Shown in pieces: positions 18,245 to 28,315 of a stretch of DNA of 64,000 nt (positions are counted from its first letter, which is position 1; every line of letters starts with the position of its first letter). The position numbers and the translations under genes were made by a program. Origin of the DNA: an uncultured Actinomycetes bacterium (lineage in GTDB: Bacteria > Actinomycetota > Thermoleophilia > RBG-16-64-13); NCBI GenBank assembly GCA_963713545.1, contig CAVQME010000011.1, positions 24,976 to 88,975 on the forward strand, written 5' to 3'. The notes under the pieces were generated by a model. It saw only the letters and a program-made list of their open reading frames with translations. It was not told the DNA's origin and made no database searches.

Positions 18245-19573
18245 ATGAGCACGACCGCCATCGAGATAATCGGTGTAGTCCTTCTAATCTTGGTCAACGC
18301 CTTCTTCGTGATATCCGAGTTCGCCATCGTCAAGGTGCGCGACACGAGGATCGCCGAGCTGGCCGCCATGGGAAGCCGGCGCGCACGAGTGGCCGATCAC
18401 ATCGTCAACCACCTCGACGCCTACCTGTCGGCGACGCAACTGGGTGTCACCGTCGCCAGCCTGGGATTAGGCTGGTTGGGCGCGTCGGCCTTCACGGATA
18501 TTTTCGATGTGACCATGAGTCGTACCGCCGCAGCCATCATCGCCTTCGTCTTCGTCACCTTCATCACCATCATTTTCGGCGAGTTGGTCCCCAAGTCTGT
18601 CGCCATACGCAAGGCTGAGCGCTCGACGCTCATCGTCGCCCTGCCTCTGCGCTGGTTCTACCTCATCACCCGCCCGCTGACCTGGCTCATGTACATCTCC
18701 GCTGCCGGCATACTGAGGCTCTTCCGCATCCAGCCTGCCTCGGAACGCGATCTGGCTCACTCCGAGGAAGAGTTGCGCATGATCATCGAGGCAAGCCAGG
18801 AAGTGGGCCACATCGACGAGGTGGAGCAGACCCTCATGCGCCGGGCACTCACCTTCGGCGACCGCACTGTGGGCGACATCATGGTCCCCCGCACCGAGAT
18901 GGCCGCCCTGCCCAGCTCCACTCTGGTCAGCGACACCATCGACGAGATCGCGGAGACCAATCACACCCGATACCCGGTTTACGAGGAAGACGTGGATAAC
19001 ATCGTCGGCTACATCCACGTCAAGGACCTCTACCGCACGCCGCGCGAGGCTACCTTGCGCCGCCTGCTGCGCCCTATCGGCTTCATAGCCGAGACCTCCA
19101 GCATCGAACTGGCCCTGCAGCGCTTCCAGAGCACGCGCACGCCGCTCGCCATCGTGGTCGATGAGCACGGGGGCACGGCCGGTATCGTCACTATCCAGGA
19201 CGTGGTGGAAGAGTTGATCGGCGAAGTCCAGGACGAGTTCGACCTGGAGGCGCGCGAGGTGGAGGACCGCGGAGACGGGAGCTACTCCATCGACGGCGGA
19301 GCCCGGATCGACTATCTGGAGGGCCTCCTTGGACTGGATCTGCCCGAAGAAGGCTTTCCCACTTTGGGTGGCAGGGTGTTCGAACAGCTGCAGCGACGTC
19401 CTCAGGTGGGTGACGAGGCTCAGATAGGTCAATTCCACGCCCAGGTGCTCGAGGTCGATGGGATGCGGATCTCCCGGGTCCTTCTCACCCGCCCCGCTGA
19501 GCAAGAGGAAGAAGAAGGCGAGTTGGAGGAAGCGGAGGCCGGCGCCCCAGGCCGCGACGACTCCGAGGTCTGA
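18245..19573 (+). CDS. HlyC/CorC (CNNM) family transporter: DUF21 membrane domain + CBS pair + CorC_HlyC domain
   Basis: Four N-terminal TM helices with a VISEFAIV motif. The tandem CBS region is followed by the typical C-terminal transporter-associated domain. The tail is acidic (EQEEEEGELEEAEA). Confidence 0.85.
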   Translation: MSTTAIEIIGVVLLILVNAFFVISEFAIVKVRDTRIAELAAMGSRRARVADHIVNHLDAYLSATQLGVTVASLGLGWLGASAFTDIFDVTMSRTAAAIIAFVFVTFITIIFGELVPKSVAIRKAERSTLIVALPLRWFYLITRPLTWLMYISAAGILRLFRIQPASERDLAHSEEELRMIIEASQEVGHIDEVEQTLMRRALTFGDRTVGDIMVPRTEMAALPSSTLVSDTIDEIAETNHTRYPVYEEDVDNIVGYIHVKDLYRTPREATLRRLLRPIGFIAETSSIELALQRFQSTRTPLAIVVDEHGGTAGIVTIQDVVEELIGEVQDEFDLEAREVEDRGDGSYSIDGGARIDYLEGLLGLDLPEEGFPTLGGRVFEQLQRRPQVGDEAQIGQFHAQVLEVDGMRISRVLLTRPAEQEEEEGELEEAEAGAPGRDDSEV

Positions 19574-19607
19574 CGCCGCCGCGAGCGCCGCAGGGTATCA
19601 TTCCCCT

Positions 19608-22600
19608 ATGAGACCGATAGAAGTGCCGTTCGATTCCGATGCCCTGCGGGCCAATATCGCCGGTACCGCCCAAGAAGTGGTCATTCCCGACCGCTACCTG
19701 CCCCTCGTGCGGGCAGTGGACGGGCTCTATGGCGTGCGTACGCCATTGATGGAGACTCTGGCCGAGTACTTCCACAGTTTCCGCAATATCGACCTTCTGA
19801 TCGACGGCTTCCAGACCATCCTCTTGCGCAACTGGACCTACTTCGAGCGCTCGGAGGATAGGGCTCAGTGCTTCGATCTCCTCTCCGAGTTGGTGCTGGA
19901 CCTGCTCGATACCCCGCTTTCCGAGGGACAGACATCCTTGCTGCTTCGCCAGCTGCTTTCTTGGTGCACCGCGGCCCTGAGTGGACCGTACTCCGCTGAG
20001 TATGACGAGAGCCTGCAGGCGGTGGGCGAGTGCCTGTCCCGGGCACTTCCCCGGCAGCCGCTCGCGTTCTTGGAGCGGGACGCCCTGCTGCGCGGCCTCG
20101 TAGAGCGGGCGGCGCAGAGGTCTGCCCTCGAGACCGTATTCTCCCGGCTCTACCGAGACTTGCTTCTTCTCGGATACCGCCGGCTGAGCGAGCGCCTGCC
20201 GATCCCCCGGTGGGCCACCTCGAGCGAGGCCGAACTGGCCGACGCGGGAGCGGTCGTTGCTCACTTCTCGCTGCTGGCTCCGGAGCGTATGGCCGGACTC
20301 ATAGCAGGCACCGAAGGCGCCCCGCTATCCGAACTGCTCTCCCCGGAACTGCCTCTGTTCTCGGCCATCCTCGACCAGTCTATCGACCAGGTCTTCCGAG
20401 TGGACGACCTGGAGGATCGCTTCGCTGTCTGCCTCTACTTCCTCAAGGATGACACCTTGGGCTATCGCCAGAACGAGGTGATGGTCGACCTCCTGGGAGT
20501 CGTCAGGCAACTGATGAAGCCCGAGCGACACATGGACGTGGACCGCATACTCAGCCGACTCACCCGCTTCTTCCGGGCGCGCGACAACCAGTTCCTGCTC
20601 ATGCGGTTCCAGTGCTATGAGGCCATCGGGGTGGCCATCGGGGAGGCGGGCAACGCCGTGGCCGCCGACCATCTCATCGAGGACGTGCTGTCCTGGCTGT
20701 TCCAGTACCCCGACATACGGGGGGCCACCGACGAGTGGGAGACGGTCGTCAACCCGTTCCACCTGCCCAAGATCCGTTGCTGGATGCATATCATCGAGTC
20801 CAACCCCTCTCTGTACGAGCGGTTGGCGGCCGCTCTCAACGTACAGCTGCGCCTCGGCGGCGTCTACATCGCCGACACCGACCTCTTCCAGCGTGATGTC
20901 ACCCGCTTCCTCAGCGCCGATATCAGGCCCATCTACTTCGTGGCCAAACAGCTCCTGCGAGCCTTCCCCGTCTACTTCAACGACGTGGGCGCCGAGGGCG
21001 AGTTGCGGTCCGTCTCTACCGAGATCGACGAGATCTGCGGGCGCCGGGACACGCTCATGCATTTCCTGCGCAAGCAGTCTCATGCCGAGTCGTCCAACCG
21101 GCTCGTGGCTTTCAGCAGGGCCGTGGTCTCGTATTGGATCACTCTCGACCCTTCCGGCCTGGAGCCCTACCTTTCGGCCAACACCATGGCCGCCGTGCGT
21201 CGGGAAGCGGAATGGGCCGAGGAGCCGCATGGTTTGCTTCTCGGACTGTGGGCGGCCCTGGAGGATGGCAGACGCCCCGACGGCAGCGGGGGCCCGAACG
21301 TGGAGTCTTTCATCGACAGAGTGGTTGCTTTCCCCCCGTCTGCGCTGGAGGAGTTGGTCGGCGGATTGCCTGGGCCGGAGGGAAGCGGATCCACGGCCCC
21401 TCGCCGGGTCATGCTCATGGTGCGCACCTATCAGCTCCTCGCTCAGAAGTACTCGCTTTCCGCGGACACTGTCGGTCCGGCGGTCGCCCACCATCTGCAC
21501 CTCGACGCCAAGCTCCGGCTCAAGTTCGCCAAGGCCCTTTCCGCTTGGCAGGCGACTCCGGCAGCCTCGAGCCGCGACGACCTGCTCGACGTCGCTTTGA
21601 ACGTGCTCGAGCATCTGAAGGCGATCGTCCTGGACCCTGTTCCGTCCGTCGCCGTGGAGAACATCTATCAGAAGCGCCACATCGCCGCCGGCATCCCTTC
21701 CATGTATGGGAATTACAGCGAGCCCAAGTTCGACGCCCTGGGTCTGTCCTTCCGGGTGGAGAAGCTGGTGGCCCGTCTCCTCGAAGACCTGGTGACCGAG
21801 GGCATCGAGGCCTATGTGACTCGCGACTCCTTGAGGCGCATGGCAGCGGCGATCAGGAACTTCGAGCGGGCGCTCGCGGCCGACGGGGTCGACTCCCGGA
21901 ACCTAGCCGCCAACTTGCGTCTGCTCGAATCCAGCTTCAGCAGCCTCAACTTCACCTTCCACCAGTATCGCAACGTCTTCCAGTTCATCGTGGGGTCTGT
22001 GACCGAGCTTTCCCGTACCTCGATCCTCAGTCACGACCAGGTGCTGCACACGGTGCTCGAGCACGATCCCAGACAGTGCGAGGCCAGGTGTCTCTCGCTG
22101 GACGCCACCGCTGAGATGGTCCTGAGAGAGGTGCTGGTCACAGCCCTAGGTATGCAGACCCTAGACCGCTACGTCTCCACCGCGCTGCGCCAGATCTCCA
22201 CCCTAGCCGGGGGCCTGAGCAACCGGGCGCTCACCCGGATGATGAACTACGACCCCGAGCGGTTGGTCTCCCCGATACACCAGGCCAAACCGGGGACCGA
22301 CGATCAGAGGACCCTGGGCTTCAAGGGCCTGGGCCTCAAACAAATGGCCTCCTATGGACACCGGGTCCCCGAGGGCTTCATCCTCACCACGGAGCTGTTC
22401 GGCGCCAGGCCGGCCATGTCGCATCGGCCGCTGTACGACGACACTCTGGAGCGCATCAGGAAAGCGTTGGGGCACCTCGAGGGTGAGACAGGCCTCCGTC
22501 TCGGCGATCCCCAACCGGCTGCTGACGCTCTCCATACGCTCGGGCGCCGCCATCTCCATGCCGGGGCTGATGGCCACCTTCGTCGACGTGGGTCTGAACG

Positions 22601-23796
22601 ACAAACTCGCGGAGGCGCTCTCCCGCAAGCCCGGCTTCGAATGGGCCGCTTGGGACTCTTATCGCCGCTTCCTCCAATCCTGGGCCATGGCCTCCGGCAT
22701 CGACCGGGACTTCTTCGACGGGATAATGAACGAGTTCAAGGTCCGCTACGGCATCGAGCGCAAGTTAGACTTCCTGCCCGAGCACATGCGCGAGCTGGCG
22801 TTCACCTACAAGAGCCGGGCCCGGGAGCTGGGGGTCAGGTTCAAGGATGACCCCTTCGCGCAGGTCGTCGGCTGTATCAACAACGTGCTGGGATCCTGGG
22901 ATTCTCCCGAGGCCACGCTGTACCGTCAGTACCTTGGGATAGCGGCGGAGTGGGGCACCGCCGTGGTGGTGCAGAGGATGGTCTTCGGGAACCTGAGCCG
23001 TGAGTCCGGCTCCGGGGTCACGTTCACGCGCAACCCGTTGGAACCGTACAGCAACCAGGTCCGGCTCTTCGGCGACTTCACCGCCCGCAGCCAGGGCGAG
23101 GACCTGGTGGGCGGCCTCGTCTTCCCTCTGCCCATCTCCGAAGCCCAGCGTCTCGGCAGTCCCACCTACCGGGGCATAGAGCATTCTCTGGAGAAGGACT
23201 ATCCCGAGGTCTACCAGGCCCTCCTCGACGTCGCCAAGGACCTCGTGAACGTCAGGGAGTTCGACCCGCAGGAGATCGAGTTCACTTTCGAATCAGCATC
23301 GGGCCCGGGCCTCCATATCCTGCAGAAGCGGGCTATGGTGCAGCAACAGACGCGAGACATGCCCTATTTCAACACCTCTTCGCCCCGTTTCGGCCCTCCC
23401 ATAGCCGTTGGCATGGGCGTGGCGGGAGGCGCCTACTCGGGGAGAGCGGCCATCAGCAGCCGCCAGATCGAGCAACTGCTCGCCAAGGCACCCGACGACA
23501 ACATCCTGCTCCTCAGACCGGATACCGTGCCCGAGGACATCGCCATGATCACCCAGGTCTCCGGCCTGCTGACCGCCCGGGGGGGCGCAACCTCCCACGC
23601 GGCGGTGACCGCCAAGCGCCTCGGTAAGACCGCCGTGGTCGATTGCCGCGAGTTGGAAGTGATCGAACAGCAGGGGGTCGCGCACCTCGCCGGGAGGAAG
23701 ATAGACGCGGGCGATTGGCTCTCCATAGACGGCCGAACCGGCAACATCTTCTGGGGGCGTATCCCGGTCCTTGCCCGGCCGATCATCTCTCTCTGA
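19608..23796 (+). CDS. giant dikinase-like protein: ~900-aa unknown alpha-helical N-terminal region + PPDK_N-type ATP-grasp nucleotide-binding domain + PEP-utilizer phosphohistidine domain. No C-terminal PEP/pyruvate TIM-barrel domain. Interrupted by a +1/-2 frameshift near 22509-22515.
   Basis: Frame A (19608-22850) ends in PPDK-N-like sequence GFKGLGLKQMASYGHRVPEGFILTTELF...LRLGDPQP. Frame B (22354-23796) continues exactly where PPDK does: NRLLTLSIRSGAAISMPGLMATFVDVGLND ... GGATSHAAVTAKRLGKTAV ... IDGRTGNIF. The frame switch sits in a CCCC run at 22509-22512. Confidence 0.55.
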
Positions 23797-23922
23797 CCCG
23801 AACGCTGGAATAAGAGCGCTCAAGCAAGTACCCTTGAAGGTAGAGACACGCGTCCGCCGCCGAACTACCACACCACCGGCGCTCGGGCGGAGATCGCAAT
23901 TCAAAGACAGGAGGCCTCGCTA

Positions 23923-25158
23923 ATGGGCGCGCCGCGCAAGCTCGGGATCAACGGGCTGGGACGGATCGGCAAACTGACCCTGTGGTACCACCTGGGGCAC
24001 GATGACTTCGACTCCTTCGTAATCAACCAGGGTCGGCAGGTGGGGACCTCGCTCGAGTCCGTGATCGAATACCTCAGCAAAGACAGCACCTATGGGCCGC
24101 TGCACCGCTATCTCTATGGTCACAAGGGCAAACGCGAGATGGAGGTGGTCGACGAGGCAGCGGGGATCATCCGAGCCCACGGCAAGGACATAGTCATTCT
24201 GAGGCAGGCCCGCAATCCCAAGGACATACCCTGGCGCGAGAACGGGGTGAGCCTGGTGGTGGAGTGCACCGGCACCTTCCGCGACCCACACGCCGACGCC
24301 GACGACCCTAAGGGGTCGCTCCGAGGCCACGTGGCCGCCGGAGCGCGGACGGTGGTCCAGAGTTCCCCGTTCAAGAGCAAGACAAAGGGAGTACCGCTGC
24401 CGGAGGATACGGCCATCCTGATAAGCGGCATCAACCACTCCGAGTATGACCCGGGCAAGCACAAGCTGGTCTCGGCCGCCTCCTGCACCACCACAGCCCT
24501 TGCCCACATGATGCAGCCGCTCTTTGCGCGCGACCTCACCCGGGACATGATCACCGCGGGGATGAGTACCGTCCACGCGGTCACCAACAGTCAGCCGGTG
24601 CTCGACGCGGTCCCGGGCGCGGGCGCCACCGACCTCCGCAAGACCCGGTCGGCCATGAACAACATCGTCTTGACCTCCACCAATGCTGCCAAGGCGCTGG
24701 AGCAGGTCATGCCGGAGATGGCCCGTATCGGCTTCATGGCCGATTCGGTGCGCATCCCTACCGCCAGCGTAAGCCTCATCATCCTGAACGTCACCTTCCA
24801 GAGTGAGAGCCTGCCCGACGGAACGGTGACGGTTGACCGCGAGGCCATCAACGCCATCTATCGTGAGGCTTCCGAAGGCGAGGCCCGGGGTCTGCTCAAG
24901 TACAGCGAGGAACAGAACGTCTCCGCCGACATGTTGGGTGAAGACGCGGCGGTCGTGATCGAAGCGGTGGAGACCCACACTCGCACCGGCTTCGTCGATC
25001 TTCAGATCCCCGATTGCCAGCCGGGGGGCGAGGGCGTCTACCGCACCCATCGCATTCCCCTCACGCACGTCAAGGTGTTCGGCTGGTACGACAACGAGAT
25101 GGGCAGCTACACGTACCGTTTGGGCGAGCTGACCAGCCACATCGCGAGGAGCATGTAG
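23923..25158 (+). CDS. glyceraldehyde-3-phosphate dehydrogenase family protein (divergent, 411 aa with insertions)
   Basis: Conserved GAPDH motifs are present in diverged form: INGLGRIGK (NAD-binding), SAASCTTT (catalytic Cys), TSTNAAKA, VRIPTASVS, WYDNEMGSYTYR. The protein is about 75 aa longer than canonical GapA. Confidence 0.75.
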   Translation: MGAPRKLGINGLGRIGKLTLWYHLGHDDFDSFVINQGRQVGTSLESVIEYLSKDSTYGPLHRYLYGHKGKREMEVVDEAAGIIRAHGKDIVILRQARNPKDIPWRENGVSLVVECTGTFRDPHADADDPKGSLRGHVAAGARTVVQSSPFKSKTKGVPLPEDTAILISGINHSEYDPGKHKLVSAASCTTTALAHMMQPLFARDLTRDMITAGMSTVHAVTNSQPVLDAVPGAGATDLRKTRSAMNNIVLTSTNAAKALEQVMPEMARIGFMADSVRIPTASVSLIILNVTFQSESLPDGTVTVDREAINAIYREASEGEARGLLKYSEEQNVSADMLGEDAAVVIEAVETHTRTGFVDLQIPDCQPGGEGVYRTHRIPLTHVKVFGWYDNEMGSYTYRLGELTSHIARSM

Positions 25159-25198
25159 GACTTCATGGCGGGGCCGCGGCGGTTCTGCCGTTCGTGGA

Positions 25199-25741
25199 CT
25201 ACGCGTCCACCGTGAGGATCTCGGCACTGATCTGAGGCCGGGCCCCAGGCCCGGCCTCAGTCTCCGAGCCTCCTGCCGGTGCGATCTCGAGCCGGGCTAC
25301 AGTCCGCGGCCGGCCGAACCGCCGCGGCCCCGCCGATCCCGGGTTGAGATACAGTACCCCCTCGCGCTCCTCGACGGCCGCCACGTGGCTGTGCCCGAAC
25401 ACGATCACGGCGAAGTCCGGATCGGCCTGGAGCCTGTCCTCCCGCGCTCCGGCGCCCTGCCGCTGGACCATGTGGCCGATCAGGATGCGCGCGCCGCCAA
25501 GGGTCAATTCAGCCAGCAGGGGCAGGTCGGCCGCCCAGGCCTCCAGATCGCAATTACCGCGGACCGCCGTCACCGGGGCGATCTGCCGCAAGGCGGTCAA
25601 CACCTGCGGGGCACCGATATCACCCGCGTGGATGATGTGGTCGACCCCCCGGAGCGATTCCATCACTCGGGGGTAGAGCTGCCCGTGGGTATCGGAAAGG
25701 ACCCCGATCACCACTGATCGCGTTTCCGGCGGATGCTCCAA
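25199..25741 (-). CDS. YfcE/MJ0936-type metallophosphoesterase
   Basis: Motifs: VLSDTHG, IIHAGDIG, GNCD, GHSH. Compact size of 180 aa. Confidence 0.7.
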   Translation of the reverse strand: MEHPPETRSVVIGVLSDTHGQLYPRVMESLRGVDHIIHAGDIGAPQVLTALRQIAPVTAVRGNCDLEAWAADLPLLAELTLGGARILIGHMVQRQGAGAREDRLQADPDFAVIVFGHSHVAAVEEREGVLYLNPGSAGPRRFGRPRTVARLEIAPAGGSETEAGPGARPQISAEILTVDA

Positions 25742-25858
25742 CTGGCGAATCCCTCCTTGGTCGTCTGCAGGCCACGCTCTGCGTCGATCATAGCTTCACT
25801 CCGCCGACAAGCGTCACCAGGAGACCAGGCAGCGGTCGGCCCACCGCACGTCGTCGTC

Positions 25859-26989
25859 TCAGAGGTCGTCACTCGACAGATCGTCGTCGTAGAGCTCGTC
25901 GCCTAGGTCGTTGCCGGCCGGAAGGTTACCGTGCTCCTGGGCGTAGCGCGCCAGCAACTCGCTCTCGCGCTGGGTGTAGAGGGGGTCGAGTTCCAAGCGG
26001 AAACAGGCAGCCGTGGAGCAGGCCGGCTCGGTCAAGGCCCGAGCCACACCTTGCCGCAGGTCGGCCACCCCCCCGATGCGCAGCACCTGCCCCTCGTGGT
26101 CCATCAGTTGGAATGTCCCGGCCTCGCTCGGGATGTCGGCCAGCCTCGCACGATCGATCGCCTCCCAGGCCGCCGGCGGGAGCACAGGGGCGACCAGACC
26201 GCTCTTGGCCCGGCGGCCGGCCAGCCATTGGGCCCCTTCTTCCCCCGGCGCGGTGAGGGCGCCGGCGGGGCACACCATGACGCACTGTCCGCAGAAGGTG
26301 CAGCCTGAGGCTCGTAACGTGTCCTGTTTCGGCTGCGCCAAGAAGTCCGAGGCGCTCGCCCTACGCTCGGGGCCCACCGCGATCGCGACCATCTTCAAAG
26401 CCCGGCCGGCATCCGGCGACGTCTCGCATACCACCACGCACCGGCCGCAACCGATGCACAGTCCCGGTTCGCGCTGGATGCGTCCTTCCTTCAGCCGGTC
26501 GCGGGGCACGGTCAGCGTTCCTCTGGCCAAGGTGCGGTCAGGGTCGACGAAGGCTACCAGCTTGCCCAGCTCACAACGACCGAGCTCGTCGCAGCACCGA
26601 GCCTCAGGCGGATAGCCGTAGGTGCATTGGTCACGGTAACAGCCGTCGCGGTCGGGGCAGGCAAGGCAGGCGTGTGGATGCCGGGTCAGAATGTCTACGA
26701 GCCGCTCCAGCCGGAGAGCATGAAGCTCGGGGTCGTCGGTGATCACGTCAGTCCCCGGTGCCGTGGGAGTGACACAGGCAAGGGCCACGCACCCATCCTG
26801 GAGCCGGACCGCGCACAGACCGCACTCGACGCCGCCCACTCCCGCCCGCGAGCAGCAGTCCATACCTGGGTAGTGGCAGAGACGAGGAACGTAGCGCCCG
26901 GCCCTATCGCAGGCTTCGAGGAGAGCGGTCCCGGTGGGGACGGTGACTGCCACCCCATCCACGCGCAGTTCCACGGTCGAGGCGCTCAC
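25859..26989 (-). CDS. NuoG-N-terminal-like iron-sulfur electron-transfer protein (2Fe-2S + His-ligated 4Fe-4S + two 4Fe-4S ferredoxin motifs)
   Basis: Cluster-binding motifs run in the same order as in NuoG / FdhA / Fe-hydrogenase N-termini: CHYPGMDCCSRAG...CGLCAV, HPHACLACPDRDGC, CIGCGRCVVVCE, CTFCGQCVMVCP. The tail is acidic. It is the last gene of the OFOR/activase operon. Confidence 0.7.
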   Translation of the reverse strand: MSASTVELRVDGVAVTVPTGTALLEACDRAGRYVPRLCHYPGMDCCSRAGVGGVECGLCAVRLQDGCVALACVTPTAPGTDVITDDPELHALRLERLVDILTRHPHACLACPDRDGCYRDQCTYGYPPEARCCDELGRCELGKLVAFVDPDRTLARGTLTVPRDRLKEGRIQREPGLCIGCGRCVVVCETSPDAGRALKMVAIAVGPERRASASDFLAQPKQDTLRASGCTFCGQCVMVCPAGALTAPGEEGAQWLAGRRAKSGLVAPVLPPAAWEAIDRARLADIPSEAGTFQLMDHEGQVLRIGGVADLRQGVARALTEPACSTAACFRLELDPLYTQRESELLARYAQEHGNLPAGNDLGDELYDDDLSSDDL

Positions 26990-27010
26990 CGGTGGTCGCG
27001 GCTCGGACTG

Positions 27011-27304
27011 CTACCAGCTGTGGCGCAGTGCGCCCGCCGTGCAGGCGTCGGTGCACGGAAGCCGATGCTGCGACCCGCCGCTGCCGTTCTGCCCCTTGCA
27101 CGTGGAACACAGCTCGCGAAGACGCTTCCGGGTCTTCTCGACCACGACGGCCACCATTTCGTCGTAGTCGTCCATCTCGATCACGTATACCCCCTGGGGA
27201 CACGCGCTCACGCAGGGGTGCTGCTCGCACCGGGCGCACAGATCGCCGTCGATGGTGATGTAGTAGAAACCTGAGCCATCTTCGTAGCCGTAGTTGGCGA
27301 TCAT
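27011..27304 (-). CDS. small ferredoxin-like Cys-rich protein (97 aa)
   Basis: The protein starts MIANYGYEDGSGFYYITIDGDLCARCEQHPCVSACPQG and ends ...CSTCK...CTDACTAG. Its start abuts the stop of the upstream activase gene. The longer ORF-track version (to 27751) is an Arg-rich antisense artefact. Confidence 0.6.
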   Translation of the reverse strand: MIANYGYEDGSGFYYITIDGDLCARCEQHPCVSACPQGVYVIEMDDYDEMVAVVVEKTRKRLRELCSTCKGQNGSGGSQHRLPCTDACTAGALRHSW

Positions 27305-28203
27305 ACTGTGGCCGCCTTCTCCTTCTCTGCCTTGCGATGCAGCGAGTGGGCGAAGAGCGCCGCGCCCAGAGCGCCGGCGATCTGCGGGTCTAGCACCGAG
27401 TCTGGCGGCAGCTTGACGGCCTCCACTCCGATCAGCCGCTCGATACGGCGGGTCACCCCGATGTTCTTGCCGATGCCTCCGGTGATGAAGAAATCCCGCT
27501 CCACCTCCATGCGCTCGATCAATCCGGCCACCCGCTGGGCCATGGCCGCGCAATAGGCGGCAAGGACGCGATCGACGCTCCAGCCGGCCCGCAGCAACGA
27601 CGTCGCCTCGGACTTGGCGAACACTGTGCAGACGTTGCTGACCGGCGGTGGCTCCTCCTCGATCTCGAAGGAGCGCCGGCCGATGTCCTCGATGGGCACC
27701 GACAGCACGTCGGCGATCACCTCCATGCCCCGGCCCGTCCCGGCGGCGCACTTGTCGTTCATGATGAAGTTCAGCACTTTGCCGCGTTCGTCGCAGCGGA
27801 TGACCTTACAATCCTGGCCGCCCATGTCGAGGATGGTGCGCACGCTGGGCCCGGCCATGAAGTTGGCACCCCGGGCGTGACAGGCGATCTCGGTGATGGT
27901 GCGGTCGGCGAAGGGCACGTTCACCCGGCCGTAACCCGTGCCTACCGCATAGCTCACGTCATCCAGGGTAAGGCCCAGCGGCTCGCTGGCTCCCTTGAAG
28001 GCACGCAGAGCGCTGTCGGGGCTCGAGGAGCCGGTGCGGGTAGAGTGGAAGGCCAGCAGCCTGCCGTCGGCCAGTAGCACGGCCTGAGAGCTGACCGATC
28101 CCACGTCGATGCCTACGACGACACTCGAGGCCGCCCTCCAGTCAAGCTCAGCGGCCTGCCAGCTCTTCTCACTCCATCTCCAGTAATCTCGCGTCTCTGT
28201 CAT
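27301..28203 (-). CDS. BadF/BadG/BcrA/BcrD (HgdC-type) ATPase, CoA-substrate-specific enzyme activase family, subunit 2
   Basis: VVGIDVGSVSSQAVL is the ASKHA phosphate-1 motif. MNDKCAAGTGRGMEV and NVCTVFAKSEATS carry the two cysteines that bridge the 4Fe-4S cluster in HgdC/BcrAD. The start at MTETRDYW is chosen because the longer ORF-track N-terminus overlaps the upstream gene. Confidence 0.75.
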   Translation of the reverse strand: MTETRDYWRWSEKSWQAAELDWRAASSVVVGIDVGSVSSQAVLLADGRLLAFHSTRTGSSSPDSALRAFKGASEPLGLTLDDVSYAVGTGYGRVNVPFADRTITEIACHARGANFMAGPSVRTILDMGGQDCKVIRCDERGKVLNFIMNDKCAAGTGRGMEVIADVLSVPIEDIGRRSFEIEEEPPPVSNVCTVFAKSEATSLLRAGWSVDRVLAAYCAAMAQRVAGLIERMEVERDFFITGGIGKNIGVTRRIERLIGVEAVKLPPDSVLDPQIAGALGAALFAHSLHRKAEKEKAATV

Positions 28204-28315
28204 CGGTTCCAGAGTCCTTTCCTCTGCCCGGGCGCTGAACAGTCCGCCGGGCCGGCACCCGGGGGATGATACCCGGCCAAGACGGGAGGGGGAAGGGGAG
28301 GGCGCGCGCCGGAGG

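Noticed and set aside
19458-19607. An upstream extension of the giant dikinase-like ORF that overlaps the CorC gene tail.
   Set aside because: It overlaps the acidic C-terminus of the CorC gene in another frame. The ATG at 19608 follows the CorC stop and gives a clean start (MRPIEVPF).
27305-27751. A 149-codon N-terminal extension of the small ferredoxin ORF (ORF-track version 27011..27751).
   Set aside because: The extension is extremely Arg/Gly-rich and completely overlaps the well-supported activase gene in another frame. The ferredoxin domain starts at the internal Met whose codon abuts the activase stop.
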